Shown one piece after another: positions 52,044 to 64,000 of a stretch of DNA of 64,000 nucleotides; the first letter of the stretch is position 1, and each line of letters begins with the position of its first letter. The stretch comes from Puccinia triticina. Lineage: Eukaryota. The stretch spans positions 4,340,001 through 4,404,000 of the forward strand of contig CP110440.1 of assembly GCA_026914245.1 (NCBI GenBank), in the 5' to 3' direction. Both the position numbers and the translations under genes were made by a program. Below the pieces are notes generated by a model that did no database searches, was not told where the DNA came from, and was given only the letters and a program-made list of their open reading frames with translations.

Positions 52044-53467
52044 TCAGTCTTTCGTGTGGCCGTGCATGACCTGCTCGAAGGCCTCGCCGATATAACTCAG
52101 CATATCGCTCGACTGCATCGATCTACCGAATTTCTGGTAGGCTAACCGAGAGCAAGTCCTTGTGATTTCCGCTCCGAGGACGGCGGCAATGACCCATGCT
52201 TCTTCCGGTGAGATCGGCTGGTCATGTGACTTGGGTTTTGTGTCCAAGTAAAGCTTACTCCAAGCACACTAATGGCCGGCGGCGGAGATGAGCCAGACAA
52301 TCAGCTGAGCGACGGCTTCCATGAGACACCCGACCTGAGAGGAGACCCCTCACCCATGTTCCGACTAAACCACTCAGGATATCCCCCTGGCCGCCGCAAC
52401 GTTTGGGAGAGCCCTGGCAGCTCACTTTCGCTACCTCTGACCCCACTCGAGCAACCAAGTCCATCGCGCCTTTTTGTAAAATAGTACAGCCACCCAGAGC
52501 CTTCGAGAGTTCCAATGCCAGTCGTCCATCATCACCGTCGTTCTCTCGCGGATCTATGGAACAAGCCTTCAACAATCTTTGAAATTCGACGTGGTTTGGC
52601 GTAAGGATTGCATGCGGATAGCCGCGAAGAATTTCACTGCGCTCATGACGAAGATCAGCTGCATTCGAAGCTTCTTGTAAGGAAATCGCGGACAGCATGA
52701 TAAATCAACGAACGGTTTGTTTTGTAGTAACCACAGAGCATCTGCATCAAGTACCAGATGAATTTTCTTCTTCATGGCAGTCCTGAGGGTCCATTCTGCC
52801 CAGTCTTGCATCTCCGTATCTCTGCCTAGACCAGGGCCGACAACGAGGACATGAAGACGGCCCATGAGCTGATCGAATTCTTTTTGGTGAGCTGCGTAAG
52901 CCTCGGGATGCTCCGGTGAGCTCAAGTAGCTGTGAACCATAAGGTCGGGGGAATAGGTCTTGATGACCATCGATGCGCTTGGTTCACAAATCACGTGCGA
53001 GAGATCGGTCCCCTGGTCGGTGATCGCCAATCAGAAAAATCGAGCTTGAAAGAGCTGGCTTTCTGTTGACCATGAGTAAAAACTCAACTAATCTGAGCGA
53101 TGCGTAGCCAGAGTAAAATGGTGCCCCAGTGTAGCTACCATCCAAGGAGGAGACGAAGAAAGATTAGTCACACCATAAATCGACGCCCGATAAGTGTTGG
53201 CCTGAATACGTCGGACGGGATGGGGAGAGCACGAGGAACATACTCTTTCGAGCCACCGACGATCCCGATTCGACCTTTGCGCGAGAGCATGAGGATAGGT
53301 TAGTCTTGTGAGTTTCAAAAGGCTCAAAGAGCCCTGCTTTACTTACCGGCTTGGCCTTTGTGTAGCGAGCCATCCAATGGGGGGATCATCTGGAAAGCTT
53401 TGCGGAGCAGCGAACGGTGGTGGTGCATGGTGCGTTCCCGGTGTGTCGGGTGGGTGGGACTCGCCAT
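52044..53467 (-). CDS. NNR2: ATP-dependent NAD(P)HX dehydratase (YjeF C-terminal/carbohydrate kinase family)
   Basis: HKGQAG-RIGIVGGS..YTGAP, SPDLMVH, VVGPGLGR, VLDADAL, ILTPNHVEF, ILQKG, KRCGGQGDILSG; multi-intron; in-frame ATGs at 53482, 53467 and 53428. Confidence 0.93.
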
Positions 53468-53687
53468 GGGACTGATAAGCATACGATGGGCCAGTTGTAA
53501 TCTCCTGTTAAATTGAGCTCTGTGTTAGAGTAGAGGCGGCAGAAACACGGTTTACAAGATTACAAAAACTATCTACAACCATAATCCTGTATTTAGTTTA
53601 TCCTACCCCCGGGAATTCCCCGGGTTAGGACTGCGGCAGCTACTTAGCCTGGACATTCCCGCGCCCCGGCTCCAAATCTTTTCCTCA

Positions 53688-53853
53688 CCGAGATTTGGAG
53701 ACCGGGATCGACTAGTGCCGAGTGCTAATCAGCGACGGGGCTGTTTTGTCCAGGTGAGTGTTGTTCCGGAGTTTGTCAGCAATGTTACCAAGATTTGGAG
53801 ACCGGGATCGACTAGTGCCGAGTGCTAATCAGCGACGGGGCTGTTTTGTCCAG
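53688..53853 (+). repeat. ~65-bp direct repeat within LTR-like sequence starting TGTATTTAG at 53588
   Basis: AGATTTGGAGACCGGGATCGACTAGTGCCGAGTGCTAATCAGCGACGGGGCTGTTTTGTCCAG occurs twice, 101 bp apart. Confidence 0.75.
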
Positions 53854-55669
53854 TTCCCATTTGCCTTACTCCATACGGCATCTTATACTCTGCTCATCTC
53901 AAGTGAACACCCAGTGGCTGGGGTGCGCTTCCAGCCTAACTTAAGCCTCTCGAACGGAGGGGGCCCCTTGTCCCGAAGGAAGAGTGCACATGGACTCCCC
54001 CGAGCACCTACACCCGGGGAGTCCTTCCACGAGGATATCTCGAGGAATCCTTGTGGATTCCCCGTAGTGCCCCTGCGCGAGGTTGGACCAGCGGCTGCTG
54101 GTCCACACGTTCACGTGACCTCCACCAAGTGGATCAAGGGGGCACCTCGTGATGGCCCCGAGGATTCCACGGATACTTACAGATGTGTACCCGTGGAATC
54201 CACGTGGCCACGTAGGCGGGGCTGAAAAATATAGCGGGAGGAGCCCGACAAAAATTGTCATAATTGGGACTCGAACCCACACCAAGCACAGGGAGCCTGG
54301 GTGAGAGGGAGTGCTACACAGCGCAGCCGTTTCACATTCCTGTATCCCGCTTTTTAACACGATATCAAACCCCTAAACGATGGTTTGCGATCGTGTTTGC
54401 GACAGGTTTTTTTCTTAAGTTTTTTTTTTCAAGTTTTTTTTTCCTCTCTTCAAAATCAAGTTTTGTCGGACTTTCAAAACCTCAGGACCAGCCTGAGGTG
54501 GTCTTGGCTGGAAGTAAAAAAAAAAAAAAATGCCGTGGAACCAACGTGAGCAACGAGCTGACATGGTCTCCACGCGTGCCAGGAAGGCACATCGTGGAAC
54601 CGACGGGGAAAAGTGTGAAGCCCATCGGTTCCACGTGGAAAAATAGCGTTTTGTGGAACCGACGAGCTTACCGAGGGGTTACCAAGCCGATCCTCGTCGG
54701 CTCCACGGATTACCCTCCTCTCGTCGGTTCCACAAACGGGCGGGGCAGGAAGTACCCCCGCTGTGTATGGCCACTAATCCGCACTATACTATACATAGCA
54801 TGGCGGGGGCGGACTATGGTACGCAGAGGGGTTACTCTCTGCCCAAAACTAAGAAATTTCCCGCGTCTCCAGCAACGCCTCGATGACCAGGTTTTTGGCC
54901 TCCGAATTCTTGCCTAAGTCCCGCATCCTCCCCTTCCCCCTGCTTAGCTCATCACCCGCACCCAACACCTACATAACAGACCATCACAGGTCTTACAACA
55001 TACATACATAACCAACACCCGCACATCACTCCACCAAGTACATAACACTCAGCCACCGCCCAAACTCACCCCGCCCAAGGCAAAACCACACCTCCGGTGC
55101 CGAAACCATACCTCCCCGCCCGGAAACTCAACACACCCAGCCGTACTCACTCGTATTGTAAATAAATACTGTAAACAATCATACTAACTCGTCCCGGTAG
55201 CTGAAGCACCCACCTGCATGCAACAAATCATAAGCAACCCGGTGCAGCCCACCAGGGACCATATTGTTCATTTACTCAGATCGCTCGCTTTTAGCAAGCA
55301 ATCTTGTAATAAAAATTACTCGCTTTATGTATTGTAATTTTTCTCTGAAACTAGAAAGTGATTGATCTGCGAGATCCCTTTCCTTAAGTTGTCTGACCCC
55401 TTTTGTCAGGTGTTTCTTGTAATACATGCGCATGTATATTTCAAGCACAATAAGATAAAAACATTCAGAAAGAAAAACATCGGGACTTGTCATGTGAGAG
55501 CAGAGAGGGCAACCAGGCAGCAAGACTATCATATCAGGATAAGTGAAATGAACTACAACAAAAAAAGTGAGAGCAAACAGAGCTGTGTATTGTACAATGT
55601 ATCATCCATCCCTCCCCCTCTGAATTTCCACCATTGCCTGTGATCTTCATCATCATCTTTCACACATCG

Positions 55670-58518
55670 TCAGTTGTCGTCGTTGTCCTCATCCTGATCA
55701 CCATCATTGTCGTCATCATCATCATCCTCCTCCTCCTCCTCCTCCTCCTCCTCGTCGTCGTCTTCATCTTTGTATTTGTCTTCGTCTTCATCTTTGTCTT
55801 TGTCTTTGTCATCCTCGTCATCCTCTTCCGCTTTGTCTTCATCCTCGTCCGAATTGTTGATAATTCGCTTTTGTTTCTTCTTGGTTGCATTGTTTGATTT
55901 CCCTCCCTTCTTCGCCTTCGCCTTTGTCGCCCAGCCTTTGTTTGAGTTGGTTTGATTGGATTCAGCAGCTTCCTTACGGGTGGTGGGATCATTGGGATCT
56001 GCACCCAAAGTCTCAGGGGCATCAGCAGCAGGTGGCCCCGTGAGCAAGACTAAGTCCTTGTGAAAAGCGCGTAGGATCAGTTGCAGCTGCTCATTTTTCA
56101 TCGCACCGGGTTTGCCGCAAAAGTGGTTCACGCCAATCTTGTGGTTGTTTTCCTTGATACGCAGTGTAACCCCAAGCTTTTTCAAGGTTGGCGCTGTGGA
56201 TTTGCCTGGCCATTGCTTATGCAAGCCATGGGTGACTTCGGCTGAATCAAAGCCCCCCTCAGTAAGAACCATACATGCGTTTTAGCAAGGGTATGAGAGA
56301 AAACTTACATATAGCCAAGTTTAACTTCTCCTTAGCGGCTTCGTAGTTTCCACTTTTACTGCCTGCAATATCAAAGAGAATGAAAGATATCAGTGCAATA
56401 ATAAAGGCAGATAGACGTGCGGATAGACGACTTGCCAAGATCCCAGGGAGTTTTGGTGGCGACAATTTGGCGTTTGCGGATCTTCTGGGGTTTGGTAACA
56501 GGAGCCAGCTTGCCAGTAGCTCTTCTATTCACCTGCTGACCTTCCGCAAACAATAGGAAGTTGGCCTCGAGGTCGGTCTTCTTATCGTGTGAAAACATAT
56601 CGACAAACTGCTCCCCCATGAAGCTACCACCACTGATGACTTCGCCTCCTGTGTCCTTGGGCTTGTACATAATCAGAAATCCCTCCACCTCGTGTGAGGC
56701 TCCAAGGTTCTTCAACTAAATCATTGATGTCAGTGTGATTTGGATGAAAAATAAGGAAATTGGACTTACATCAAGTATGGTCTTTCGGCTCCAGAGTTCG
56801 GTCTTGGCATGCCGGAAAAAACGGTTCTTCTTGTTTTTTTCACGGGATGCTTCCGAAGTCCCGCCGTCCGGTCCATTACAATCACCACGCCCAAACGGAT
56901 TTGGTAATGTTGCCAAGAAATCAATATCTTTCAATTTTTTTTGCGCAGCCTGATCAAGCTTTGCCCAGAGGCGACCACATTCAGCCTTTCGTTCCTTATC
57001 ACTCAGATCGTCTGGAATTTGGATGGATACATGTAAGATGAGTAATCAGATGTGACTGTAATCGGAGATAACCAAAAGAGTGAGTTAAGTGGGAACTAAC
57101 AGTTGTAAAAAGATTTTCGAGCTTCAATGTCGTATTCACAGAAGTTGTTGTACATTGTTGGCCCTCTGAAACGACTTCGGTTACCCAGATGCTTCAATAC
57201 TGGATTAAGTCTGAGCAGTCTTTCCGCAGCGATTACGTGGACTTCGTGTTGGTATCTCTGGTAAGCGTCGGTGAGAACACGGCGATCATCAGCAGTGAGA
57301 CGTTTGTATCACGCGTGGGTGTGGACCTTTTGGCGCAACTGATTGAGTTCAAGATCCTTCAATGTCTCTACAATGCTTGGGTCCAGACGCATTCTACTGT
57401 TCTTGACAGAACTTGGCCCTTCAACGACTCTGATTGCAGTCTTTTCGCGAGGAGGATTGGAAGACTGAGTTTCCGGAGAAGAGTCATGTCCAGAATCGTC
57501 GAAGGCTACGTCGGCAGTCTCTTGGCGAGCAGAATCGTTGTTGGAAAAGGAGTTATTTTGAGCATTGGAAGGGGAGCGCTGTCCAGGAGTTCTCGGAGTA
57601 TCGGTAGACTGAGTAGTGCTAGGCTGCGATAATGGCTGGGTGTTGTTAGCCTGAGTATTTTGCCGCTTTGGGGGACGAGCACCCGAGAGCTGGCGTTTTG
57701 TAGGGGCTCGTTTTTGGGTGGTGCTGCCAGTTGAGGGAACCCGTAGCTGACCAAGGGGTGCCAAGTGATTGCTCGCCGTCTGGCTCCCAAACGTTGGTGG
57801 AATCATTCTTGCAGGTGGCAATTTGGGAACTAAAAAATAAAATTAAGAAATTTCTTGTCAGTCTTGATGGAATGACCCGGCTTGAAGGTGAGAGGAAGAA
57901 CCTACATGATAGCTCGGGAGTGGATAAAGGAGCTGATCCTTTTTGGCCTGTTGCTAAGGAAGATTGGATGCCGGCCAAGGAAGATGTTTTCGGAGTCGCA
58001 GAATGTTTTGCTTCAGGATTCAAAATTAAGAAATTTCTTGTCAGTCTTGATGGAATGACCCGACTTGAAGGTGAGAGAAAGAACCTACATGATAGCTCGG
58101 GGGTGGATAAAGGAGCCGATCTTTTTTGGCCTGTTGCTAAGGAAGATCGGATGCCGGCCAAGGAAGATGTTTTCGGAGTGATGCCGGCCAAGGAAGATGT
58201 TTTCGGAGTCGCAGAATGTTTTGCTCCAGGATTCAAAAGGAACTCGGTTGGCAATATAGAAGCTGATGAGAACAGAGCGGGGCTTCGATCAGCCAAGGAA
58301 TGGCTGGACCGAGTGGAACTGGAGGACGATAGCCAAGCAGATTCCAGGAGGGTAGAGCCGGGGGCCCGAGGCGTGCGCCGCGCAGAATTTGGAGCCGCGC
58401 CCCCCATCATAGCTCGTCGCCGAAGCTCTTCCATGTAGTTACTCCCGGGGCAGGAGGACCGTCCGGCCGGCTGGCCGGGCGGCCGCGGTCCTAACAGTGA
58501 ATCTCTTGAAGGTCGCAT
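55670..58518 (-). pseudogene. KDZ-associated accessory protein with HMG-box-like segment and acidic tail
   Basis: Spliced frames give PTMYNNFCEYD..ERKAECGRLWAKLDQAAQKK, EVEGFLIMY..GGSFMGEQF, WPGK and a D/E tail; in-frame TGA at 57309-57311. Confidence 0.65.
57839..58235. repeat. 183-bp tandem duplication with a nested 30-bp duplication
   Basis: AAAATTAAGAAATTTCTTGTCAG at 57839 and 58022; ATGCCGGCCAAGGAAGATGTTTTCGGAGT twice at 58151-58210. Confidence 0.88.
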
Positions 58519-59520
58519 GCAAACAAAACAATAATGTATATAATAGATATAGACCGTCGAGTGAGTTGGATGGCAAGGGAAGATTTGTGAGTTTTAGAGT
58601 CGGCAAGTGGATCTATTTATAAATAACGAATTGGAGTCACTTGTGAGGCTAGTCAGACTGTGGGTCCAGTGTCCGATTTTTTCCGATGTTTGATACTAAT
58701 TAGACCGTTGATCCAGTTACCCTTTGTTTCTGATATTTGATATGAAACTGGTGTTCTGGATTCACGTTACTATCTCCCCACCAACTTGCAAGTACAAAAT
58801 AAATATGACCTTTGTGGATGTGGATTATTTACTACTACGCAAGATGTTCCGCTGAACCTGATCAGACTTATAATATCCAGTGTACCCTTTGTTCCTGGTA
58901 TTATAATTCGATATGAAGCTGGATGCCTGGACTCGTGTTGCGGAACAGACTTATAATATCCAGTGTACCCGTGTACCCTTTGTTTCTGATATTATAATTA
59001 GATATGAAGCTGATTTCCTGGACTTGTGTTACTATCACCGCACACGCAAGTACGCAACCAATATGACCTGGAGATTATTTACTTCTAGACAGGATATAGT
59101 ACCGCTGAACCGGAACTAAAGCAAGTTTTTTTTTAAAATATGATTGGAAGGTGGCCTGGCGGTAGGTAAGGGAAACTGTTTGGATTTCGTATGATCCCAA
59201 CCATATTGGCTGCTGTGGTGCCTATATACCAACAAAGCACTCGACTCACAAAATTCGGGTGACTGACTGAAGCTGCTGTGTGAATCTTAATGCTGCCTGA
59301 ATTTTGTTTAGGTGACTGATCCGTGTTTTTGTCGGTTTATGTGTCAACAAATGAATGTTTCATTGTATATCAGCTTTAACTTCAAACCCACCCACAACAA
59401 ACAACTGACGCTACTTCATCTTGACATCTATATCTCTCCTTCAGCCGTGCCGTAGCACTCGCACCGAACATCAAATCAATCTATTGCCTCACCTTTCAAT
59501 CTCCAATACCGTTCCTACTC

Positions 59521-61282
59521 ATGGCCAAGAAACGTGTGAAAAGAAAACCAGGCGTTCTCCCGCTAGCAGTCCGCCTCCGACGAGAGGCTAATGTGAACCA
59601 AAACTTTGCTGCCCTACAACGACTTCAAGGTTTTCAATCGGCAATGGCGCGAATGGACCAGATAGTGGCGGCTGATACTCGGTTAGCGGAGGATCTAGAG
59701 AGCGGAGACTGGTTAAACGAAGATAATCAACACGATCAATATCGAGAAGACATTGAAGGAGAAGACGAGGATTCTGAAAGTGATTGGGCTCCTATTGACT
59801 ATGAAGAACCCGATGAAATCGACCTTGCGATAGAATCCAACATTGAATGCCTCCGACAAGAATCCCTGAATTTCAATTGGACCAACCTTGTCAAGGACCT
59901 CTATGCAACTTATCTGGCTCAAAAAGCTAAAACGAAAAACTGGACAAAGGACAACTGCTACTCCGATCACTCTACTTGCGAGTGTATCTCAGCAACCAGA
60001 AGAGCAATTGATCTAGTTGATGTATACTGTATGTCAATTTTTCTCTTGCTTCCAATCTATCTATGATGGCCGATTGATTTCATCTTTTGCCACAGGTCAA
60101 CGACGTGCAAAAGTCAAATTCTGTCCATGCCAACCCGATGCTGTATGTCTCCTGCGGATGGGGTATCTCCCAGGCTCCCCAATCAGGCCGGTCACTGCCT
60201 TTTCGATCCCCCTGCTTATCCTACACAATAGCCTATGGAACAATTGTCACATCGGCGCCTTGCCATTTACGACTGCAATGAAGCAATTTCTGGAACCTCA
60301 ATCCGAACGGTTGACTGTCAAAAACTCTACACATGTAAGTGATTTATGCTATTTGGGCGTCTATGAGAATCTTAGTTGATTTGATCAACTTATATTAATT
60401 GTTGAATAGAGTCGTGATCTCAGAAAGCCTTTCTCTGCGGCTGTCGACCTTTTTCGGGAACTTGAGGATCAAACAGATAGCTTGATATTCAAAGCAATGC
60501 GCCTTGAAGAACAGACCATCCTGGCGTGCCGCTCCTGTCCTGCTTGCTTTGGGCCAGCACCAACAAACCTTCAAGATTACCCCCGAATTAAGGAAAACAA
60601 ACTTATTATTTGTCTTGATGGGAACTTTCAGCATCGTCACATTGCCAAGGCTAGCCGCGACTATCACCGAATAAACACGCCAAGCATATTCCTCAAGCAA
60701 CAAGAAGTCGACAAAATGAAGGCTGAAATCCGAGACATTGAGCTACGCAATAAGCCAAAAGCCCAAGTGAGTAGGACTGATCACTACATAATTTCATTTC
60801 AAGTTTACTGGCCAACAGATCGTCTGCAATTTCAGAAAGACCAATGTACAGAATTCCATAAGGCAGCCGACGACAAACGCAACGAGTCCTCGTGGAAAGG
60901 ATGCGATGATACCGGCCTTATGGGCTGTTGCTGTTGGCACGATTCCGCAATATACATGGCAAACATCAATAAATCGGGCGAACAGAGGTGCTTCCCAATG
61001 GCACTGATCACAAAAGTGGTGGAAAATGAAGAGGTCAATTGACACATTGGTATCCTTTACGACATCAGCTGTTCTCTTGATAAGTTCATTGAGTTGGTAT
61101 GTGTTTCAAATTTTCCTTCAGTCTTTGCTTTTTGTTAATGCCATCAGGATGCGACAGCGCGGATTGCTTGATGAAGTACGGGGTCGCATTAAGTTCGGAA
61201 CTTCGATTTTCCATGCCTATGTTCACTCATGGGCTTGTCAGCTTGATTACAATCCGCGATTGAACGAGGGATGGGGCTTATC
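59521..61282 (+). pseudogene. CxC1-associated KDZ transposase, truncated
   Basis: FCPC..D.V.LL.MG.LP.SP.RP.TAFS (CxC1), CPACFG, CLDGNFQH, CDDTGLMGCCC.HD, SGEQ, LYDISC, FHAYVHSWACQLDYNPR..GWGLS; stop at 61040-61042; breaks off where DGE is expected. Confidence 0.9.
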
Positions 61283-64000
61283 GGTATGGAGCTCCGCTCG
61301 GTGCTAGGCCGGCGGCAGCGCTGGGAGGGGAAAAGGTGTCGAGTGACTGCCCTCACGGATGGTCCGGATGAGTCGTAAGGATTCGAAGTGATAGCTGGGG
61401 GGGGGGAAGTGGTTTTGGGGGTACAACGAAGGTTGGATCTTCGTTGGCGGTTGTATCGCGCTCAGAATCGGAAAAAATGGATCGGAAAAGAATCGAGGAT
61501 TGGATAGATTTCTTGATAGCCGCCTTGGATCAGAGCAGATGCTATGGTCTCCTATCCTCCAAGTTCGCCGGGAACTTGGATTCCTGGAGGCCTGTCACAA
61601 CCATGTCATCATCTCCTCGCGCGCCGTGCGCGCGCACAAAACACAGACAACAGAGACAAGGAAAGAAACAGACAACAACAACAAACAAAAAAAAAAGAGG
61701 AGAAGGAGACAAAGGAACAGAACCCAGAAAAGAAACGGAAAACCGCCAATAATAACCATGAGAAATAAAAGGGGAATCAGGAGACATAGAAATAAACATG
61801 ACAAAAGGCAAAGAGGAAGCAAAAAAACCAGAAATAAACCCACAGACAACCCTGTGTTAGGACCAAGAAAGAGAAGAAGGGGGGGGGGGGGGGGGAGAAA
61901 AGGGAAGTAAGTGGAAGAAAAGAAAAAAAAGAAGGAGAAAAGAGGATCTTGAAGGTCGAATCTTGAGGTCCGGAAGTCATGCGCCGCCTATTACTGAATC
62001 CTGAAACGTGCACCGGCTAGGCCACCACATCCACCACCCACTTGCAGTCTGTCCCTAGACTGCGTCTTCCTGCGCCAGAAAAGGGAAGAAAAAAAGGGGG
62101 ATCCCGCGGATGGCTCACGACAGTGGCTAAAGTAGGGCTTACAAAAACGGTAGCAGACTACCCGGATGGTGCATACATTGGGAGGACTTACTTTTAGTCT
62201 GAAATGCCCCCGCGCGGAAAATAACGCTTGACCTGATCCGCCGCAAAACGGCGCTTGAGCTCCGTGCCGTCGAGTTCCGCCAAAACGTAAGATCCACCCT
62301 GAACCTGCTGAACGATCCGATAGGGTCCATTCCATTTGTGGGCGAAGAGCTGCCCCCACTGAACCTCCAAGGACCGGTTATACGCTAAAACCAAGTCACC
62401 GGGGCCTAGAGGGCTGCGAATTCGACTAGGATGCTTGTCCTGCCAATAGCGGATGGACTCGGCTCGAGACTTCATCATTCGCTCATACGCCAAGGCCCGC
62501 GCCTCTTCGCTGCGCTCAAGTTGTCGAGAGCGGGCTACTAGCAAATCAGCGGTGCTGCGCACCCCCTCCCAATTGACCCCAAGGAACGATTTGATGTCCA
62601 GATCTATAGGAAGTGCCGCGCGTTGACCGAACACCAACTCGTAGGGAGAGTAGCCCGTCGTGCGCTTGGTTGAAATACGATCGGCGAACAAAACTAACGG
62701 CAAGAACTTCCGACAGTTCTTTCCGGACTCCCCAGCTAACTTGACTAGAGCCGATTTGAGCGGCGCATGCCCGCGCTCAACCATTCCTTGAGCCTTGGGG
62801 TAGTACGGAGTCGAGACCCGATGTTGACCGGGCAACAACCTGAGCATTTCCGCCAAGGCTCCGCCAAACTCCGAACCACCATCGGTTGAATAGGAACGCG
62901 CTAGACCATATCGCATGGTCCAGTGCTCTTGCAAGAAAGCGGCTACGGCCTCGGACGTGATGCTGTTCAGGAACTTCGCCTCGACCCACCCGGAGAAGTC
63001 GTCGCGCGCGACGATCAGATACTTGGCACCGCTGGCCTTGATGTGCACAACGTCCATGGAGACCCGTCCGAACAGTGTCTCCTCGCCCGTCGGGTAACGA
63101 ACCTCCAGCGGCCGTCGCAGATCCCTCTTCTGGCAAGCTCCGCAACTCCGACACCAGGACTGAACCGCTTTTTTTAGAGACGGCCACCAGAAACGATCGG
63201 CCGTGCGACGATAAGTCTCCGCCGTCCCGCGGTGGCCCAAGTCCTCATGTAAACGCTGAAGGATCTCGTTTTGCTTGCTAGGAATTGTGACGACTATCCT
63301 CGGCAGCGGGCTACCCCGCTTCATGAGGCGCCCGGCTTGAACGAAGAAATCTGAAGCCTTCCTCCTTAACGCCTGAAAAGTTACCGAGTCCATTCCGACG
63401 GGCCGCGCCAGCGTTGTGAGATAATCTTCCAGCTGCCTCCAAAAGCCCTCCTGAAAGCCGGTGTACTCCGAAGCCACGTCAACCGAGAAGGCGGCCAGAG
63501 GTCTAATAATGGGAGCCTCTTCGTCGAATTCCGAGGCTGGAGGATCGGATTCTTCATCCCCTTGGGGTCGCCGTGAGAGTCCGTCCGGCATTGTGAAAGA
63601 CTTGCCAGGCCGATGAATGATATCGAAGGAGAATAGCTGTATGAAGGCCACCCAACGCGTCATTGGCGCGTTGGGGAGGCTCGGGGCGTTGACCATTTGA
63701 ATCAATGACTGAGCGTCGACTAGCAACTCAAAGTGCTGACCCCAGAGTACCGTCTGGAGTTTCTTGAGGATCCGGGCGACGCCGCACAGCTCGAGCTTGG
63801 ATTGCGAGTACCGCGATTCGACTTCGGAAAACAACAACGACTCGTAGAGAGCGGGGCGGTCCATTCCATTCGCATCTTCCTGAGTGAGCACCGCGCCCGC
63901 CGCGTGGAAGCTAGAGTCGACCGCCAGCCGTATCTTTCCCGCCTCTGGCCCGTAATCAAGCTTGACAAGTACAATGTCATGCCCAATCAATCGCTTTAAC
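61283..64000 (-). mobile_element. Ty3/gypsy LTR retrotransposon, 3' part
   Basis: RNase H then integrase order; candidate 3' LTR 61283-62029 (TGTGG start after purine-rich GGGTGGTGGA, imperfect end); interrupts the KDZ transposase. Confidence 0.88.
62194..64000 (-). CDS. gypsy pol C-terminus (RNase H and integrase), 5' end outside window
   Basis: LAVDSS, YSQSKLEL, RWVAFIQLFSF, HEDLGH..CxxC zinc finger, MDVVHI/TDGGSEF/GMVER DDE core, WNGPY; frame uninterrupted in the window. Confidence 0.93.
   Translation of the reverse strand, partial: LKRLIGHDIVLVKLDYGPEAGKIRLAVDSSFHAAGAVLTQEDANGMDRPALYESLLFSEVESRYSQSKLELCGVARILKKLQTVLWGQHFELLVDAQSLIQMVNAPSLPNAPMTRWVAFIQLFSFDIIHRPGKSFTMPDGLSRRPQGDEESDPPASEFDEEAPIIRPLAAFSVDVASEYTGFQEGFWRQLEDYLTTLARPVGMDSVTFQALRRKASDFFVQAGRLMKRGSPLPRIVVTIPSKQNEILQRLHEDLGHRGTAETYRRTADRFWWPSLKKAVQSWCRSCGACQKRDLRRPLEVRYPTGEETLFGRVSMDVVHIKASGAKYLIVARDDFSGWVEAKFLNSITSEAVAAFLQEHWTMRYGLARSYSTDGGSEFGGALAEMLRLLPGQHRVSTPYYPKAQGMVERGHAPLKSALVKLAGESGKNCRKFLPLVLFADRISTKRTTGYSPYELVFGQRAALPIDLDIKSFLGVNWEGVRSTADLLVARSRQLERSEEARALAYERMMKSRAESIRYWQDKHPSRIRSPLGPGDLVLAYNRSLEVQWGQLFAHKWNGPYRIVQQVQGGSYVLAELDGTELKRRFAADQVKRYFPRGGISD

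Larger units (their letters stand above)
53952..61282. mobile_element. KDZ (Kyakuja-Dileera-Zisupton) DNA transposon, two divergent genes, right part cut off by gypsy
   Basis: KDZ transposase plus divergent accessory gene; CCACG/CGTGG repeat-rich region 53960-54800 as candidate terminus; left boundary is a guess. Confidence 0.6.

Noticed and set aside
55634..56022. Poly-hydrophobic, poly-Ser and poly-Arg ORFs
   Set aside because: Alternative-frame and antisense shadows of the D/E-rich tail
57731..58438. 235-aa plus-strand ORF
   Set aside because: Antisense to the minus-strand accessory gene and lengthened by the tandem duplication
61444..62359. Lys/Arg-rich and hydrophobic ORFs
   Set aside because: Low-complexity LTR/UTR sequence of the gypsy element

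Overview
Eukaryotic, intron-containing, transposon-dense DNA whose gene families point to a rust fungus (Pucciniales, probably Puccinia; inferred, not database-checked). Host genes: RPL43, MAK16, an NAD(P)HX dehydratase, an EI24/RRT8-LDS-type membrane protein, a short SKI7-like gene, two inverted paralogous 5-exon secreted 8-Cys effector candidates, and two paralogues of a rust-type hypothetical family (one frameshifted). Most of the rest is nested transposons: an integrase-deleted copia inserted in a hAT transposase; a complete copia (179-bp LTRs, GCTAT TSD) carrying a 6.76-kb CACTA-ended foldback element built from ~31 units of a 173-bp satellite in two opposed arrays; a 575-bp TRIM inside a non-autonomous hAT; several MITEs and a solo LTR; and a KDZ (Kyakuja-Dileera-Zisupton) transposon with a divergent HMG-like accessory gene, truncated by a Ty3/gypsy element. 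CpG-to-TpG decay is widespread in the repeats. All coordinates were read by eye; exon boundaries are predictions.
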